Source: Nitrospira sp.
Lineage (GTDB): Bacteria; Nitrospirota; Nitrospiria; Nitrospirales; Nitrospiraceae
Direction: 5' to 3'
Assembly (NCBI GenBank): GCA_047150005.1
Contig: AP038806.1
Location: forward strand, 960,001-1,024,000
DNA length: 64,000 nt
The stretch's first letter is position 1; every line of letters starts with the position of its first letter. Shown piece by piece: positions 61,283-64,000 of this stretch. The notes under the pieces are model-generated. The model had not been told where the DNA came from and did not search any database. It was given only the letters and a program-made list of their open reading frames with translations. The position numbers and the translations under genes were made by a program.

Positions 61283-61993
61283 ATGTTCGCAACGGCGGGC
61301 AAGAAGATTCTCATCGTTGAGGATGAAAAGGACATCCTTCAACTGGTGAAGCTGTACCTGGATAAAGAAGGATTTCGCACCGTGACCGCGACAAACGGAA
61401 TCGATGCGCTTCGACAAACCAGATCAGATCATCCGGACCTGGTCATCTTGGATCTGATGCTCCCCGAAATCGACGGACTTGAAGTCTGCAAAAAGCTTCG
61501 ACTAACTCCGCAGACCGCCATGCTACCCATCATCATGCTGACGGCCAAGGGCGAAGAGTCCGACATGGTCGTTGGGTTGGAACTGGGAGCTGACGATTAC
61601 GTCACCAAACCCTTCAGCCCGCGCGGACTTGTAGCCCGCGTGAAAGCTCTGTTTCGAAGGCTCGCACGAGCCAACGATCGAGAGGTCAGTATCTATCAGT
61701 ACGGCTCACTCAACCTCAACCTGTCACGCCACGAAGTGACCGTGAACGGACACGAGGTGACATTGACGGCCAAGGAATTCGGCTTGCTCGAGCACCTTCT
61801 GAGAAATCCGGGAAGGGTATTGACGCGAGATGTCCTATTGAACAACGTGTGGGGCTATGATTACCACGGGACCACGAGAACGGTGGACGTGCACGTACGG
61901 CGGATTAAGCAGAAACTGCCACTTCTCAATGACGCAATTCTGTCGGTCAAATCTCTCGGATATAAGCTCAAGGATCCGAACATGATCGCCTAG
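61283..61993 (+). CDS. OmpR-family response regulator (PhoB/PhoP-like)
   Basis: LDLMLP, LTAKGEE, GADDYVTKPFS and TRTVDVHV. Confidence 0.92.
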   Translation: MFATAGKKILIVEDEKDILQLVKLYLDKEGFRTVTATNGIDALRQTRSDHPDLVILDLMLPEIDGLEVCKKLRLTPQTAMLPIIMLTAKGEESDMVVGLELGADDYVTKPFSPRGLVARVKALFRRLARANDREVSIYQYGSLNLNLSRHEVTVNGHEVTLTAKEFGLLEHLLRNPGRVLTRDVLLNNVWGYDYHGTTRTVDVHVRRIKQKLPLLNDAILSVKSLGYKLKDPNMIA

Positions 61994-62170
61994 CCGGCGC
62001 TTTTCCTGCTTCGGGACCGTCCTCACTGCCTCCATCGCTGCACGTTACAGCTTCCTCTGCCCGGCCCCAGCTGGCCGTCTGGTTATACCGGCTACTATGG
62101 GCCGCGCAAGCAGACTCCCGTCTCTCTTACGGAAATCTTCCTTCAGGCAGCCCAGCAGGTTCGCAGATCC

Positions 62171-62569
62171 CTACCTGAGCCTTGACGGGGAGACGGGAAC
62201 AGCGGTGCGACCGGGTGAAGGATCGGGCTGTTCCTTGACCTGGAGCCCGATCTCCTGCAGCGCTTTGGGATACTGTGCACAATATTCCTTGGCCCTTGCC
62301 GGGACCTGCTCATATTTCTCCAAACAGGCGCGGTAGGACTTCACCAAAAGCGCCGCCTCATTGTAGACCGCGGTGGCGGCCTCAGTCTGACGGAACGTCT
62401 GGCATTGAATCGCGGCCTCGCGGTCGAGGACCGTATCGCCGGCCATCGTGGCACAGGTCACGTCGATGTACTGATGGGGTTTTGTACAGGCCAGCGTCCC
62501 GAGCAGCGCGAGCACCGGGAGGACAATTCCCTGCATCTGAGGCACACCAGCGATACGCATGATCTCCAT
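62171..62569 (-). CDS. Hypothetical Cys-containing lipoprotein
   Basis: Lipobox GTLAC and four further Cys; start uncertain. Confidence 0.65.
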   Translation of the reverse strand: MEIMRIAGVPQMQGIVLPVLALLGTLACTKPHQYIDVTCATMAGDTVLDREAAIQCQTFRQTEAATAVYNEAALLVKSYRACLEKYEQVPARAKEYCAQYPKALQEIGLQVKEQPDPSPGRTAVPVSPSRLR

Positions 62570-62834
62570 CGTGACTGACAGTTATTACGCCTCCAATAAG
62601 GACGTATTACACGCCGGTTAAATCTCCTCAACACCGCCAATTTCATGCCGATTTTCGGCGGCCGATGCGCAATAAGCCGGGAACGCCGTGTTAGGATCGA
62701 GGTTCTCGAAACGAGGTTGAGCGGGCGGGTCGTGAAACGACGATGCCTCGGTCTGTTGAGCTTGCTTCGTCCATTCACGCAATCGTTTAGAGGACCTTGA
62801 TATAATGAGCTGCCTGCCAGCGGGAGCAACGTCA

Positions 62835-63950
62835 ATGGGAACCGTGGACACATCGGCGGTCGTCGTGACCAAGGGAACCTGCTATGCCATCTTTGCCTAC
62901 GACATCGGCTCTTCCATTAACCTGGAAGAGGCGGATCGCCGCATTACAGCCAGCACCGAGCGCGGGCGCCTCCGCCACAAGGCCAGAGCACCGCAATATT
63001 TCGAATATCGACCGGCTCCCTTGCGGCTCATGCAGGAAGCCGGAGCCTTGACCGTCGCCGCCTATTCGTCGAGCCCGACGGTCGAAGTGATGGTCTACGA
63101 TTTCGGGGCCGTCACGATTACTTATCGATTCGCCTTGGACGGGCCGTTCGACAATCTGCTCGAACTGAGCGAGGCGCTCTACGAGCATGAACAACTGTTG
63201 ATGGAGTCCCGAGCGCGGGTCGAACAACTCATTCAGGCCATTCACCCATCCATCGAACGGCCGAGGATCGCCGCCGAAGTAGAAGACTATCTCATCTTCG
63301 AAATTAATTCATGCACCCCTTGCCAAGACATTCCCGTATGGGTGCGCAGAGGAGCTGAATTGGCCCACATCCTTCGTGGAGAGCGCACCCCCCTCTCGGA
63401 TCAGGAAATTCACGATGCCGTATCCTGCTGCATCTCTTTCGGAACCGACGACGCCGCGCTGATCGATTGGCATGCGGCCGTGCTGTTCGGGAAGGATATG
63501 GACGACGTGCGAGCCGTATTGGAGTTCGCGAATGTCGAGTTGCTGGAAATGCGGATGCTGGACGAACAGCTCGACCAATCGCTCGATCAGGGGTACGAGG
63601 CGCTTTCCCGTAAGCCGCGAATCTTGTCGCTCCCGGGATCCTACGACAAGGACACCACCCTCATCGCCCAACTTCAGGTCGACGGTGCCCTCCTGTTCGA
63701 ACGAGTCACCAATACGCTGAAGCTGCTGGGGGACCAATATCTCGCGCGGGTCTATCGCCTGGCCTCTCAGCGCTTCCACCTGGAAGACTGGGACAAGAGC
63801 ATTTTGCGGAAACTGGACACGTTGGAAAGCATCTACGGCAAGATGTCGGACCGAGCCGGGACACGGCGGATGGAGTTGCTGGAATGGATCATCATCGTAC
63901 TGATTGCCGTTTCCATCGCGGTGTCGTTCGTTCCCATTGGAAAATTCTAG
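62835..63950 (+). CDS. Hypothetical RMD1/DUF155-like protein with C-terminal TM helix
   Basis: LGDQYLARVY, KLDTLESIY and LEWIIIVLIAV. Confidence 0.75.
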   Translation: MGTVDTSAVVVTKGTCYAIFAYDIGSSINLEEADRRITASTERGRLRHKARAPQYFEYRPAPLRLMQEAGALTVAAYSSSPTVEVMVYDFGAVTITYRFALDGPFDNLLELSEALYEHEQLLMESRARVEQLIQAIHPSIERPRIAAEVEDYLIFEINSCTPCQDIPVWVRRGAELAHILRGERTPLSDQEIHDAVSCCISFGTDDAALIDWHAAVLFGKDMDDVRAVLEFANVELLEMRMLDEQLDQSLDQGYEALSRKPRILSLPGSYDKDTTLIAQLQVDGALLFERVTNTLKLLGDQYLARVYRLASQRFHLEDWDKSILRKLDTLESIYGKMSDRAGTRRMELLEWIIIVLIAVSIAVSFVPIGKF

Positions 63951-64000
63951 GTCGCCTTCCTCAAAGGAGATTCTACCGATGACAGTCTCTCCGGTACGCT

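Noticed and set aside
62618..62872. 84-aa minus-strand ORF
   Set aside because: Overlaps the start of the divergent RMD1-like gene and has no motifs.

Overview
GC-rich bacterial chromosomal window. Gene content and order resemble Nitrospira; this is inference, not a database result. Bases 1-7700 are an accessory island. It holds a frameshifted AAA+/DUF4143-type ATPase gene preceded by four repeats at exactly 23-bp spacing, a 48-codon hsdR remnant, and intact type I hsdS and hsdM genes flanking a YhcG/DUF1016 nuclease gene. A nest of palindromic repeats lies around bolA-grxD. HsdM and HsdS carry five in-frame palindromic DNA insertions. The hsdM 3' tail is duplicated as a small overlapping ORF linking the DUF1016 gene to hsdS. 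The rest is mostly core or near-core: a sigma54-type two-component cluster with a heme-c protein, transporters, PBP1B, FKBP, hflKC, fhs, cutA, an intact IS481 in the last codons of an epimerase gene, tlyA-xseBA-ymdB-rny-(6S RNA)-zapA, rlmN, an M16 peptidase pair, larE, ATP synthase Fo genes, pabB-like genes, nadB, a 31-aa bS22/COX24-like ribosomal protein, an MsbA-like exporter and a PhoB/PhoP-like regulator with Pho-box-like repeats. No CRISPR array, tRNA or rRNA was seen. Product calls come from motif recognition by eye.
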